From NCBI GenBank assembly GCA_964035575.1, contig OZ037840.1:1550001-1614000 (forward strand): DNA of 64,000 nucleotides, given 5' to 3'. Origin of the DNA: Rhynchopus sp. YZ270_cl-10 (Eukaryota). The translations under genes were made by a program, and so were the position numbers. Within the stretch, counting starts at the first letter, position 1. The number at the start of each line of letters is the position of its first letter. Below are positions 33,321 through 45,436 of the stretch, piece after piece. The notes under the pieces are model-generated. The model was given only the letters and a program-made list of their open reading frames with translations. It had not been told where the DNA came from and ran no database searches.

Positions 33321-34500
33321 GGCACGTCCATTTTTGGGGCTCAGGTGCCTCAATAACTATTCCTTTTACTTTTTTTGCAGAGCATTTCAGTGTGAAAATG
33401 CTTCGAATACAAAAGAAGTATGCTCTCATCAATTTCTTTTTCATTGTCAACGTGTGTTGTGCTTCGACACTTCCTTTTTTTCTCAGGATGGGTAATCTGC
33501 TCCAAAGAAATTCGTTTTTATTTCACCCGTTTTGCAAAACACAATAACAATTGACAATGGAGCTTGCACAGGTGGCAACTACACTATTCCAACAATTTTT
33601 CAAAAACAAAAAAAAAGAAAAAAAAGATGGGAACATTTTTGATCCCTATAATCTTATGCTCTCAATTTATTGAATGCATATTGTTGAAATACTTACCATA
33701 TCTTCACCCCCCACACTGTTAATTTCTCAATCTCAAGCTTAAGCCCCTTTGAAGGGTCTAGTTAACACAGTCAGTACCGTGCATGCCTTCTGCATGGTGG
33801 GTGACCGTTTTCATATTGTATCAATAGAGAGCACAGCATCGTAACCAAAAGTTATGAAACAAACGATATCGTATCTTACCCATGAAATAATACGAGATGT
33901 GTATTGCAGCGAGTTTACCTGTAAAAGTGATGAAAAAAACATTGTGTGGCCAGCTGTTGGTGTGTGGCGTTTGAGTAACCATTACACGACAACCCAGTTA
34001 TGCCCAAAAAAATGAAGTGTACCAAGGTAGGTTTTGGGAGGCAGGTTGAGGGAGCCTGACATATTGGAACTCCTTCTTTTTTAATCTTTTTTCTCTTCTG
34101 TGGACACGTCGGCCTTAGACACTATGCTTTTCCAGCCATTTTTTGATGACAATAAAGTCCATTTCCCCCACTATTTTTACAGGTAAATTCACAACAATAG
34201 CCAGAGCAGTTATTTCCTGAGATGAAAAAGGTGTATTTTCTGGCACCACTATCACCAAACAACGTCATTGGTCATTGTGCCTTCTCTCTCTGTGACTCGA
34301 CCTCTTTTTGAGTGCCGTCACTGAAGAATGATGATAGTTGTGTGAAAAAAGATAAACAAAAGTTGGCACCGTCAGTAATGTGAATCATGATGAATTCACA
34401 GGATTGTTTTGTAAAAGCCAAGTAGCTATCTGAGTTGAAAAAAACAAGGTTGTATTTTTTTTTCTTTGAGCCGGCCACACTTTCCTTTTTTTTTTTCGAG

Positions 34501-37500
34501 GTGCGTTAGTGCAGGGCTTCGTTGTTTCACCAGAACCTCTCCCTTTAATTTACGGGGGTAAACACAAAATGGAAAAGACGGAGTACGGTGTTCAAATTTC
34601 TCCGCAACTGTCTGTCGTCACCATTGCTCCCATGAGCATTGTGGCATGCAATTCTCAAGTTTTCCTCCATAGTACACTGTCACGAGAGGGCTTTTTAGGC
34701 CAACACCTCTGTATAGCACCACAGTGGACCATCTCTCCGCACGGAGTGATCTTGCTCTCTAGCATATGGTACCTCTGCTTATCCCAACATGAAATGCGTT
34801 GTCTCTAGTGGCGGGCCTTAGAAGAGGGGGAGAAAACCCTATTACGTACGACTGCTACAGTAACCTGCGTACTGTTAGTGAATGTTCACCAATCAATCCT
34901 TTAAGATGCGAGAGTACGGGCATGTTCCCCGCTTATGCGTGGGTGTCTTCGGCGACAACGTCGCCCTCTGCTGTATCCACCTTGATTCTGGTAGCCTCTT
35001 TTCCTTTTGTGTCTTCCCTTTTCCTTTCGGCCGCTGCGCTAGGGTTTCCGCCATGGGGACTTAAGCTCTGACACACTGCTGTCTATCAAGTCCCCACACA
35101 GTTTCTCATGAGTCTTGCAGCAGCACGGTGCCTCTTTGTTTCAGTTGGGTGTGCACAACATGCACACTCACTTAGGATGAAAGAGGTTGTCTGCACAAGA
35201 AGAAAGAAAACATACCATCCCACCTAACATTTCGACCTCACACAACCCCTCCCTATGTGTTCTTGGATCACTGCAGACCGTATTGTAGATGGGAGGTGCA
35301 CATTCATCTTACAAAAGCAACCTTTGTTCCATTCACTCAAACATCCCCCATCCACTCAGCACACCGACACCCTGCTTCTCCCACCGCCCCCTCTCAGACA
35401 GTGACCACACAATGGAGATATGGTTTGAATGCACAACATCTGGACAACGCTGTGCTGCAGAGGTGGGGGAGGGTTGCAGTGCTGCAGATCTGCAGGAGCG
35501 TGCTGTTGCGGTGTTGTACCCACAGAGCGTGGTGTCTGCCGAGGCAGTGGGGCTGTGTGTGGATGGTGCTGATGGTGAGGTGCTGGCACCGGAGGTTCTG
35601 ATTGCCCACACCGCACTGTGTGCAGGCGGGACTGTCCATGTGAGCAGACGGAAGCAGGACAGCAGTGGTGTGTGGGTGCCGCAGGAGTACACTGTGGCAG
35701 GCTACCGAGGAGACGTATGCGAGGACACACTCGTAGTGGGTGGCGAACACGCCGTCACCATCAACCTCGTCACCACCGAGGTCACACCTCTCCCTCCCGT
35801 ACCTCTCCCTCCCGTATGTGGCGTCGTACCTCGGTTCTACATTGTTCTCATGCCACACCACGTCGTCTACTGTGATGCACTGTGCAATGCTGTGCACTTT
35901 AGACCGCGTGACAGCGGTGCAGAGGTTGTGGTCCGTATGGCACGCATGGTTGAGAGGATTGCGGCCCTGCGGGTCACCGAGGCGGTGCTGATTGGGACCA
36001 GTTCACAAATCGTACAGTACTCCTGTGAGGGGGTGAAGATGCGCACCATTGATCATGGTGGGTACTCCTTTGCAGTGTCACCCTGCGAGACCCTGCTCTT
36101 GACCAACCACCGTGCCGTTGTGGTGCACCGTCTGGACACCCCTGAGCTGCGTGAGGTGCACCGTGTGGACACAGGGCTGGGTGTGTCGTTCTTTGTGCGG
36201 CCGTCGTTTTCGCCCGACGCAAGCCTCGCAGTGTTGAGCTGTGGCGACAAGCACACCGTCCGCACCATTGACATCGTCTCTGGGAAGGCCCTCTGCACAC
36301 TGCCCAATGGAGAGGACAAGATACGTGCAGCCTGCTTCAGTGCGTGCTCGCGATACCTCTTCACGGCTACTAACACGAGTGTGCAGCAGTGGGACGCACG
36401 CAGTGGAGCCCCCATGGGATGCACCAACTACAATTTGGCGTGGTCTGTGCATGCCTCGACAGACGGGTGCAGGCTGGTTGTTGTCGGAAGTGTTACCTCA
36501 GTGCTTGACATTGCTGCCATCAACATGCAGGTGTCAGAGCAGGACGCCCTGCAACATGGTCCACCTCGTCCCCTTCCCATTCCCATTCCCATTCACATTC
36601 CCCGTTCCAAACGTACTGTTGTGGCAACGGAGTCACGCTGCAGTGGGTGTGTGTGTTCGTGAAGGGGAGGGTGTCTGCGGCATTGGTAGAGGGAGCATGG
36701 GCTGACTGCAAGGTGACTCACTCTGCTGCATACGACGCTCCTCATGAGGCGAACGAAGAAAAGCAGATGACAGAGACACAGGTGCGGGCAGAGACGAGAC
36801 GGAAGGAGTAGACAACTAACACAGGACAGTGGGGAAACCCATATCATCTTGCGGGCGGAAAGCGAAGAGCCCGTTTCCCCCAAATGAGGAAAGGACGACT
36901 GTTGAACGAATGGACAGTATATGAAATTGAGAATAGTACTTCTCTCATCATATCCTGAAGTCAGTTTCTAATATTCTTCTCGAACTTTTTGCACAAGAAA
37001 TCTGTACCCACTGTGGTTCAAAGATCACCAGCGGGGATAGTCGAGACCTCGAAAAAACGATTTTGAAAATATCGAAATTGTATTTCACATTTTGTCGAGA
37101 CTCGAAAACACCCAAAACCACATGTCGCTCTGCACAAAGATCATCATACCACTGTGTGTATCGGTTTGTGTTGTTGCATCTTGCTTTCCCTTTTATGAGG
37201 TGACGAAGCACAGAGAGGCTTAGGTTCATCTCAACTCTTCTCTGTGTTACCCCTTCTCTTGAACATGCAAAGCAAAGGCTTCGGTGAGGCTGCTTACCCA
37301 ACCAAAGGATGTTGCAGCCATCCTATCTTCTCTCATGGGTCTTGCAGCAGCACGGTGCCTCTTTGTTTCAGTCGGGTGTGCACAACATGCACACTCATCT
37401 TTCATTCACAGTAAGTCACCCACCAAGGTGGGTACTTGGCGTGAATACGATTTACCACACAAGAAGAAACAAAAGAAAACGAAAACAAGATCCCACCCCC

Positions 37501-37580
37501 AAAACATTTCGACCTCACACAACCCCTCCCTATGTGTTCTTGGATCACTGCAGACCGTATTGTAGATAGGAGGTGCACAT
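34501..37580 (+). repeat. Segmental duplication unit repeated at about 40513-43465; parts also at 29150-31400 and 43880-46290
   Basis: Near-identical upstream block, propeller gene and ~900-bp downstream block at an offset of about 6.0 kb. Confidence 0.9.
35412..36662 (+). CDS. UBL/beta-propeller/CaaX protein, copy 2
   Basis: Starts MEIWFECTTSGQ as copy 1 and ends CSGCVCS*. Has a PLPPV micro-duplication. Confidence 0.8.
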   Translation: MEIWFECTTSGQRCAAEVGEGCSAADLQERAVAVLYPQSVVSAEAVGLCVDGADGEVLAPEVLIAHTALCAGGTVHVSRRKQDSSGVWVPQEYTVAGYRGDVCEDTLVVGGEHAVTINLVTTEVTPLPPVPLPPVCGVVPRFYIVLMPHHVVYCDALCNAVHFRPRDSGAEVVVRMARMVERIAALRVTEAVLIGTSSQIVQYSCEGVKMRTIDHGGYSFAVSPCETLLLTNHRAVVVHRLDTPELREVHRVDTGLGVSFFVRPSFSPDASLAVLSCGDKHTVRTIDIVSGKALCTLPNGEDKIRAACFSACSRYLFTATNTSVQQWDARSGAPMGCTNYNLAWSVHASTDGCRLVVVGSVTSVLDIAAINMQVSEQDALQHGPPRPLPIPIPIHIPRSKRTVVATESRCSGCVCS

Positions 37581-37962
37581 TCATCTTACAAAAGCAACCT
37601 TTGTTCCATTCACTCAAACATCCCCCCATCCACTGTTGGAAGCGAACAACAAACAATTTTTTCCCCCCCGTTTATAGTCTTTTGAGCAACAAGCAAAGAG
37701 GAACGAGTCTCTCGAGCATTTTTCTTCTGTGCTTGCTATGTCTGTACTCCTTGTAAGAGGTCAGACCAGTAGAGCTCCCCTATACCCCCCTCCTTAAGTG
37801 TTTTGTGAAATGTTGCAATTTTTTTTTGGGATATGATATTTAAAACATCTGTGTGATCTGTGGGGGTGGGGAAACGTTCCAACATTTCAACCTCTCTCTC
37901 CCCTTCTTTTGCGCTATTTCCCCTTCATCCCCTCCCCCCCCCCCGTTTTTTTGAATCAACAG

Positions 37963-39423
37963 CAGGGATATTGCTAACCATCGACCATCGCCCCACTGAA
38001 TTTGGGGTTCCCCCCCTTTCCATAAACCATCGCACCATCGCCCCACGGTAACTAGTGTACTATGGTACTATGGTACTATGGTACTATGGTACTATGGTAC
38101 TATGGTACTATGGTACTATGGTACTATGGTACTATGGTACTATGGTACTATGGTACTATGGTACTATGGTACTATGGTACTATGGTACTATGGTACTATG
38201 GTACTATGGTACTATGGTACTATGGTACTATGGTACTATGGTACTATGGTACTATGGTACTATGGTACTATGGTACTATGGTACTATGGTACTATGGTAC
38301 TATGGTACTATGGTACTATGGTACTATGGTACTATGGTACTATGGTACTATGGTACTATGGTACTATGGTACTATGGTACTATGGTACTATGGTACTATG
38401 GTACTATGGTACTATGGTACTATGGTACTATGGTACTATGGTACTATGGTACTATGGTACTATGGTACTATGGTACTATGGTACTATGGTACTATGGTAC
38501 TATGGTACTATGGTACTATGGTACTATGGTACTATGGTACTATGGTACTATGGTACTATGGTACTATGGTACTATGGTACTATGGTACTATGGTACTATG
38601 GTACTATGGTACTATGGTACTATGGTACTATGGTACTATGGTACTATGGTACTATGGTACTATGGTACTATGGTACTATGGTACTATGGTACTATGGTAC
38701 TATGGTACTATGGTACTATGGTACTATGGTACTATGGTACTATGGTACTATGGTACTATGGTACTATGGTACTATGGTACTATGGTACTATGGTACTATG
38801 GTACTATGGTACTATGGTACTATGGTACTATGGTACTATGGTACTATGGTACTATGGTACTATGGTACTATGGTACTATGGTACTATGGTACTATGGTAC
38901 TATGGTACTATGGTACTATGGTACTATGGTACTATGGTACTATGGTACTATGGTACTATGGTACTATGGTACTATGGTACTATGCAATTGGTCAAGCGCC
39001 GAAGGAAAAGGAAGCATGCAGCATGGCGAAAGACAAAAAGTAGCGTACCGTGCGCCTGCGGCGCAAGCTTGCAACTCACCCTTCCCATGACAGAGTTTAG
39101 CAGTAAAAATGTGCAAATTTAAGCGCAAATTTTAGGAATGTTGCGTACCGTGGCTTCGCCAGGAACCTTTGGGTACCACGACCGCCGTTTCTTTTGTAAA
39201 TGTACTGAGGTTACTGATAGTTCGTGTGCCCCGTCTGCCTGGTGTAAATATCAGTGAAGTGCCGAACTCCGCAGTTGGACAACCACGGAATTCATACATT
39301 CCGCCGGAGGCCCCCAACTTGAGCTAAGGTGGGCTCAACTGAAAAAAAAGTCAGCACTCCCCCCCCTTTTTTCGACCATCGCCCCACGAAATCCCAAAAT
39401 CCCGAAAGTTAGCAATATCCCTG
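37963..39423. mobile_element. TIR element E4 (CAGGG end, 9-bp TSD) carrying (GTACTATG)n
   Basis: TIR CAGGGATATTGCTAAC / GTTAGCAATATCCCTG. AATCAACAG at 37954-62 and 39424-32. Empty paralogous sites TTGAATCAACAGCACATTG at about 29066 and 31712. Confidence 0.95.
38057..38984. repeat. (GTACTATG) about x116, apparently perfect tandem array
   Basis: Read directly, 928 bp. Confidence 0.97.
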
Positions 39424-40047
39424 AATCAACAGCACATTGCATGCACAAGATTTTGGTGTTTTCTTTCTCCCAACTGATAAAACTCCATCCCACATCCCTT
39501 TTTCTCGTTTTTTCCCCTACTCTCCGAAGTTTCCCTCAGGATAGCTTGGAACCAAAAAAAGGAGTTACGCCAAGGTAAAGCGAATGATTGCAGGAATTGG
39601 GGAAATCGCTTCCTCCAGGGAGGTTATATATGGCTCAGTCCATAAACCCCCCCACCTGAAAGGTAACCTCAGCAACTATTTGGCTATGATCTAATGTGTA
39701 CTAGGACGTTCTGTTCGATTTTTGTTTTAATGGATTCAGATTAAAGTTTCTGAATTCATTAAAACAAAAATCGAGCAAAAAGACCGAGTACAAATTTGAT
39801 GGATTCCCCCAGAGAGGTAAATAAGTTACCGGTAACCCGAATTACCGGTAATTCCTTAAGGATTCCTTGAGAAACACGGAAAAATGCAAAAAAAACATCG
39901 AAAGAGGGGGCACTTTAATTTATCATTTGTAAACCCTTTCCACTTTACGCGTTGCTCATTTTTGTCTCTTTTATTCTCGAAAAAATCGGTTCATCCAATC
40001 GTGCCGGTTGCTGAGAGGCAGACCAGGGTCCTCCTCTTCCGCAATAT

Positions 40048-40506
40048 CAGGTGCCCTTTTCGTGTTCATAATTGTGTGGGCTGATGTCGGGAGGCACTTC
40101 CAGTCCAAAGAACTTTTGCATTTTCTCCTTTTCAAGCTTTGTATAAAACCGTTACTGTTTACTATTTTTGTGAAAAACACGGGAAAGACGGGCGGGACTT
40201 CCATTTTGTACTCGTGTCCAGACATTTGGAGGATATCAGTCGTTACGGAGCTTGTTACAGTAGATGATGTTGCCTTGCACCTGTCCAACATTGCCCATAC
40301 AACTGGCATTGCGTTGAAGTTGAAGGACTCAACACAATACACTATAACTCATGTAGAGTGCAGCTTGTTCACTGCTCCTTTTTGTTGGAAAAGGAATACA
40401 GAAAAAACTGTGTTTGCTTCCATGCTCTCCGATCCGCAAGAATTTGTGGACGTGGCTTACACGATTTTTTTTGAAAAGACCACAAGGAAAACGAAAAGGG
40501 CACCTG
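40048..40506. mobile_element. Possible CAGG-type TIR element without a TSD
   Basis: CAGGTGCCCTTTTCGT at 40048 and ACGAAAAGGGCACCTG ending at 40506. The flanks do not match. Confidence 0.4.
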
Positions 40507-41411
40507 ACATTCGTGCGTTAGTGCAGGGCTTCGTTGTTTCACCAGAACCTCTCCCTTTAATTTACGGGGGCAAACACAAAATGGAAAAGACGGAGTACGG
40601 TGTTCAAATTTCTCCGCAACTGTCTGTCGTCACCATTGCTCCCATGAGCATTGTGGCATGCAATTCTCAAGTTTTCCTCCATAGTACACTGTCACGAGAG
40701 GGCTTTTTAGGCCAACACCTCTGTATAGCACCACAGTGGACCATCTCTCCGCACGGAGTGATCTTGCTCTCTAGCATATGGTACCTCTGCTTATCCCAAC
40801 ATGAAATGCGTTGTCTCTAGTGGCGGGCCTTAGAAGAGGGGGAGAAAACCCTATTACGTACGACTGCTACAGTAACCTGCGTACTGTTAGTGAATGTTCA
40901 CCAATCAATCCTTTAAGATGCGAGAGTACGAGCATGTTCCCCGCTTATGCGTGGGTGTCTTCGGCGACAACGTCGCCCTCTGCTGTATCCACCTTGATTC
41001 TGGTAGCCTCTTTTCCTTTTGTGTCTTCCCTTTTCCTTTTGGCCGCTGCGCTAGGGTTTCCGCCATGGGGACTTAAGCTCTGACACACTGCTGTCTATCA
41101 AGTCCCCACACAGTTTCTCATGGGTCTTGCAGCAGCACGGTACCTCTTTGTTTCAGTTGGGTGTGCACAACATGCACACTCACTTAGGATGAAAAAGGTT
41201 GTCTGCACAAGAAGAAAGAAAACATACCATCCCACCTAACATTTCGACCTCACACAAACCCTCCCTATGTGTTCTTGGATCACTGCAGATAGGAGGTGCA
41301 CATTCATCTTACAAAAGCAACCTTTGTTCCATTCACTCAAACATCCCCCATCCACTCAGCACACCGACACCCTGCTTCTCCCACCGCCCCCTCTCAGACA
41401 GTGACCACACA

Positions 41412-42626
41412 ATGGAGATATGGTTTGAATGCACAACATCTGGACAACGCTGTGCTGCAGAGGTGGGGGAGGGTTGCAGTGCTGCAGATCTGCAGGAGCG
41501 TGCTGTTGCGGTGTTGTACCCACAGAGCGTGGTGTCGGCCGAGGCAGTGGGGCTGTGTGTGGATGGTGCTGATGGTGAGGTGCTGGCACCGGAGGTTCTG
41601 ATTACCCACACCGCACTGTGTGCAGGCGGGACTGTCCATGTGAGCAGACGGAAGCAGGACAGCAGTGGTGTGTGGGTGCCGCAGGACTATACTGTGGGAG
41701 TCTTCTTTGGAGACGTATGCGAGGACACACTCGTAGTGGGTGGCACACGCGCCGTCACCATCAACCTCGTCACCACCGAGGTCACACCTCTCCCTCCCTT
41801 CGACGGAGCTCTATGCAAGGTGGTTCTCATGCCACACCACATCGTCTACTGCAGTTCACAGAGCAATGCTGTAAGCTTTAGACTGCGGGACAGCGGTGCA
41901 GAGGTTGTGGTTCGTGTGGAATGGAGTACGGTGCAGAGCCTTGTGGGCATGCGGGTCACCGAGGCGGTGCTGATTGGGACCAGTTCACAGATAGTACAGT
42001 ACTCCTGTGAGGGGGTGAAGATGCGTACCATTGATCAGTGTGGGTACTCCTTTGCAGTGTCACCCTGCGAGACCCTGCTCTTGACCAACCACCCTGCCGT
42101 TGTGGTGCACCGTCTGGATACCCCTGAGCTGCGTGAGGTGCACCGTGTGGACACAGGGCTGGGTGGGTCGTTCTCGTTTCAGTCGTCATTTTCGCCCGAC
42201 GCAAGCCTCGCAGTGTTGAGCTGTGGCGACAAGGACACCGTCCGCACCATTGACATCGTCTCTGGGAAGGCCCTCTGCACACTGCCCAATGGAGAGGATG
42301 ATATACGTGCTGCCTGCTTCAGTGCGTTCTCGCGATACCTCTTCACGGCTACTCTGAAGAAGGTGCAGCAGTGGGACGCACGCAGTGGAGCCCCCATGGG
42401 ATGCACCAACTACAATTTGGCGTGGTCTGTGCATGCCTCGACAGACGGGTGCAGGCTGGTTGTTGTTGGAAGTGTTACCTCGGTGCTTGACATTGCTGCC
42501 ATCAACATGCAGGTGTCAGAGCAGGACGCCTTGCTACATGGTCCACCTCGTCCCCTTCCCAGTCCCAGTCCCAAGCGAACTGTTGTGGCAACGGAGTCAC
42601 GCTGCAGTGGGTGTGTGTGTTCGTGA
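41412..42626 (+). CDS. UBL/beta-propeller/CaaX protein, copy 3
   Basis: Same start and end as copies 1 and 2; intact ORF. Confidence 0.8.
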   Translation: MEIWFECTTSGQRCAAEVGEGCSAADLQERAVAVLYPQSVVSAEAVGLCVDGADGEVLAPEVLITHTALCAGGTVHVSRRKQDSSGVWVPQDYTVGVFFGDVCEDTLVVGGTRAVTINLVTTEVTPLPPFDGALCKVVLMPHHIVYCSSQSNAVSFRLRDSGAEVVVRVEWSTVQSLVGMRVTEAVLIGTSSQIVQYSCEGVKMRTIDQCGYSFAVSPCETLLLTNHPAVVVHRLDTPELREVHRVDTGLGGSFSFQSSFSPDASLAVLSCGDKDTVRTIDIVSGKALCTLPNGEDDIRAACFSAFSRYLFTATLKKVQQWDARSGAPMGCTNYNLAWSVHASTDGCRLVVVGSVTSVLDIAAINMQVSEQDALLHGPPRPLPSPSPKRTVVATESRCSGCVCS

Positions 42627-43465
42627 AGGGGAGGGTGTGGCGGCATTGGTAGAGGGAGCATGGGCTGACTGCAAGGTGACTCACTCTGCTGCATACGACG
42701 AGGAGAATGGAAAAAGCAGATGACAGAGACAGAGGTGCGGGCAGAGACGAGACGGAAGGAGTAGACAACTAACACAGGACAGTGGGGAAACCCATATCAT
42801 CTTGCGGGCGGAAAGCGAAGAGCCCGTTTCCCCCAAATGAGGAAAGGTCGACTGTTGAACGAATGGACAGTATCTCCTTTGCACAAGAAATCTGTACCCA
42901 CTGTGGTTCAAAGATCACCAGCGGGGATAGTCGATACCTCGAAAAAACGATTTTGAAAATATCGAAATTGTATTTCACATTTTGTCGAGACTCGAAAACA
43001 CCCAAAACCACATGTCGCTCTGCACAAAGATCATCATACCACTGTGTGTATCGGTTTGTGTTGTTGCATCTTGCTTTCCCTTTTATGAGGTGACGAAGCA
43101 CAGAGAGGCTTAGGTTCATCTCAACTCTTCTCTGTGTTACCCCTTCTCTTGAACATGCAAAGCAAAGGCTTCGGTGAGGCTGCTTACCCAACCAAAGGAT
43201 GTTGCAGCCATCCTATCTTCTCTCATGGGTCTTGCAGCAGCACGGTGCCTCTTTGTTTCAGTCGGGTGTGCACAACATGCACACTCATCTTTCATTCACA
43301 GTAAGTCACCCACCAAGGTGGGTACTTGGCGTGAATAAGATTTACCACACAAGAAGAAACAAAAGAAAACGAAAACAAGAACCCACCCCCAAACCATTTC
43401 GACCTCACACAACCCCTCCCTATGTGTTCTTGGATCACTGCAGACCGTATTGTAGATAGGAGGTG

Positions 43466-43878
43466 CAGCCTGAGTAATAAAAAAGGGGGGTTTTCGGCCC
43501 AAAAAGCCCAGACCCCAGACCCCCGGCCACAACCTAGTGCGTAATAAGGGGATGGGGTAGTACTGTACCCAAAACCCCGTTTTTCGGCGTTTCCGGAGTC
43601 CACCCAGAAAGTGGTGGGGCCATTCTGAAAAAATGGACAAGTTTTTCGGTGTTTAAATTTTCGCGACTTTTCTTGGGTACAGTTTTACGTGTGCTTTTCC
43701 GGGGCCCCATCTCGTAAAGGGTCACACGGGGTATAACTCAGTAGTCCCGGCCCTAGCCCCGGCCCTGGCCCTGGCCCTGGCCCTGGCCCTGGCCCTGGCC
43801 CTGGCCCTGGCCCTGGCCCTGGCCCTGGCCCTGGCCCTGGCCCTGGCCCTGGCCCTGGCCCTGGCCCTGGCCCTGGCC
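43466..43878. mobile_element. Partial element ending in (GGCCCT) about x19, replacing the 5' end of propeller copy 4
   Basis: Starts CAGCCTGAGTAATAA, similar to the E6 terminus, and shares AAAATGGACAAGTT with E6. Array at 43761-43878. No matching right TIR or TSD. Confidence 0.6.
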
Positions 43879-44945
43879 ATGGTGAGGTGCTGGCACCGGA
43901 GGTTCTGATTGCCCACACCGCACTGTGTGCAGGCGGGACTGTCCATGTGAGCAGACGGAAGCAGGACAGCAGTGGTGTGTGGGTGCCGCAGGAGTACACT
44001 GTTATAGGCTTCTTTGGAGACGTATGCGAGGACACACTCGTAGTGGGTGGTGAAGAACACGGCGTCACCATCAACCTCGTCACCACCAAGGTCACACCTC
44101 TCCCTCCCATGGGTGAACGTAGGCGCAAGACGGTTCTCATGCCACACCACATCGTCTACTGTAGTTCACTGTGCAATGCTGTGCACTTTAGACTGCGTGA
44201 CAGCAGTGCAGAGGTTGTGGTCCGTATGGCAAGCATCGTTGAGAGGCTTGTGCCCATGCGGGTCACCGAGGCGGTGCTGATTGGGACCAGTTCACAAATC
44301 GTACAGTACTCCTGTGAGGGGGTGAAGATGCGCACCATTGATCAGTGTGGGTATTCCTTTGCAGCGTCACCCTGCGAGACCCTGCTCTTGACCAACCACC
44401 CTGCCGTTGTGGTGCACCGTCTGGACACCCCTGAGCTGCGTGAGGTGCACCGTGTGGACACAGGACTGGATGTGTCATTCTTGGTGAAGCCATCGTTTTC
44501 GCCCGACGCAAGCCTCGCAGTGTTGAGCTGTGGCGACAAGCACACCGTCCGCACCATTGACATCGTCTCTGGGAAGGCCCTCTGCACACTGTCCAGTGGA
44601 GTAGACACTATACATGGTGCCTGCTTCAGTGCGTGCTCGCGATACCTCTTCACGGCTACTAACACGAGTGTGCAGCAGTGGGATGCACGCAGTGGAGCCC
44701 CCATGGGATGCACCAACTACAATTTTGCGTGGTCTGTGCATGCCTCGACAGCCGGGCGCAGGCTGGTTGTTGTTGGAAGGGTCACCTCGGTGCTTGACAT
44801 TGCTGCCATCAACATGCAAGTGTCAGAGCAGGACGCCCTGCAACATGGTCCACCTCGTCCCCTTCATATTCCCATTCTCATTCCCCGTTCCAAACGTACT
44901 GTTGTGGCAACGGAGTCACGCTGCAGTGGGTGTGTGTGTTCGTGA
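43879..44945 (+). pseudogene. 5'-truncated propeller copy 4 (start codon and most of the UBL part missing)
   Basis: Homology resumes at (D)GEVLAPEV. The upstream frame is a GP repeat closed by TAA at 43734 with no in-frame ATG. The rest is intact to CSGCVCS*. Confidence 0.65.
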
Positions 44946-44953
44946 AGGGGAGG

Positions 44954-45436
44954 CATGCATGAGAATAAGGTTTGTTGTGGGGTGTGGGTCGGGCTATTCT
45001 CACGAGGGTGTGAGGTAGGGGTAAGGGGCTCGCGACTTCTGGAGGGAGAACGACACGTTGGGTGTGCGGTGGGGGTAAGGGGGTCTCTAAGTTGACTGTA
45101 TCTACATCAAAATTCACAAATGGGGCCTTCTCCTGGCTCCCACCACGGTCTACAAAGGAGTAACTCCGGTTGACCGGTGGATGGGGCAAACCTGTGGGCA
45201 CACTAGGATCGTGGGGCCGGCAGGGTACAGGCAGGTTGCCGGGTAGGGTGCAAAATGAAAGTACGCAAAAACACCGCCATTTGCCTTTTCGGAATCCGTG
45301 CGGCCCGTGGTGGGGTCACTTTGCCAAAATGGACAAGTTCTTAGAGGGTGGGAAGGGTGGCAAGGGTAGGGTAGGGGGGCGTGGGGTTCCGGGGGCCGGG
45401 TCCGGGTCCGGGGTCCGGGGCTTATTCTCATGCCTG
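44954..45436. mobile_element. MITE E6, hAT-like (8-bp TSD), inserted just after the copy-4 stop codon
   Basis: TIR CATGCATGAGAATAAG / CTTATTCTCATGCCTG (1 mismatch). AGGGGAGG at 44946-53 and 45437-44. The empty site follows the stops of copies 1-3. Confidence 0.9.

Noticed and set aside
38057..38984. Satellites as interstitial telomere repeats
   Set aside because: The three units differ, none is TTAGGG-like, and each lies within a TIR-bounded element.
38055..39122. Long ORFs (MVLWYYGT)n in three frames
   Set aside because: Artefact of a stop-free 8-bp satellite inside element E4.
40008..40820. 270-aa ORF
   Set aside because: Spans a rearrangement junction between a putative element and duplicated spacer; no recognisable motifs.
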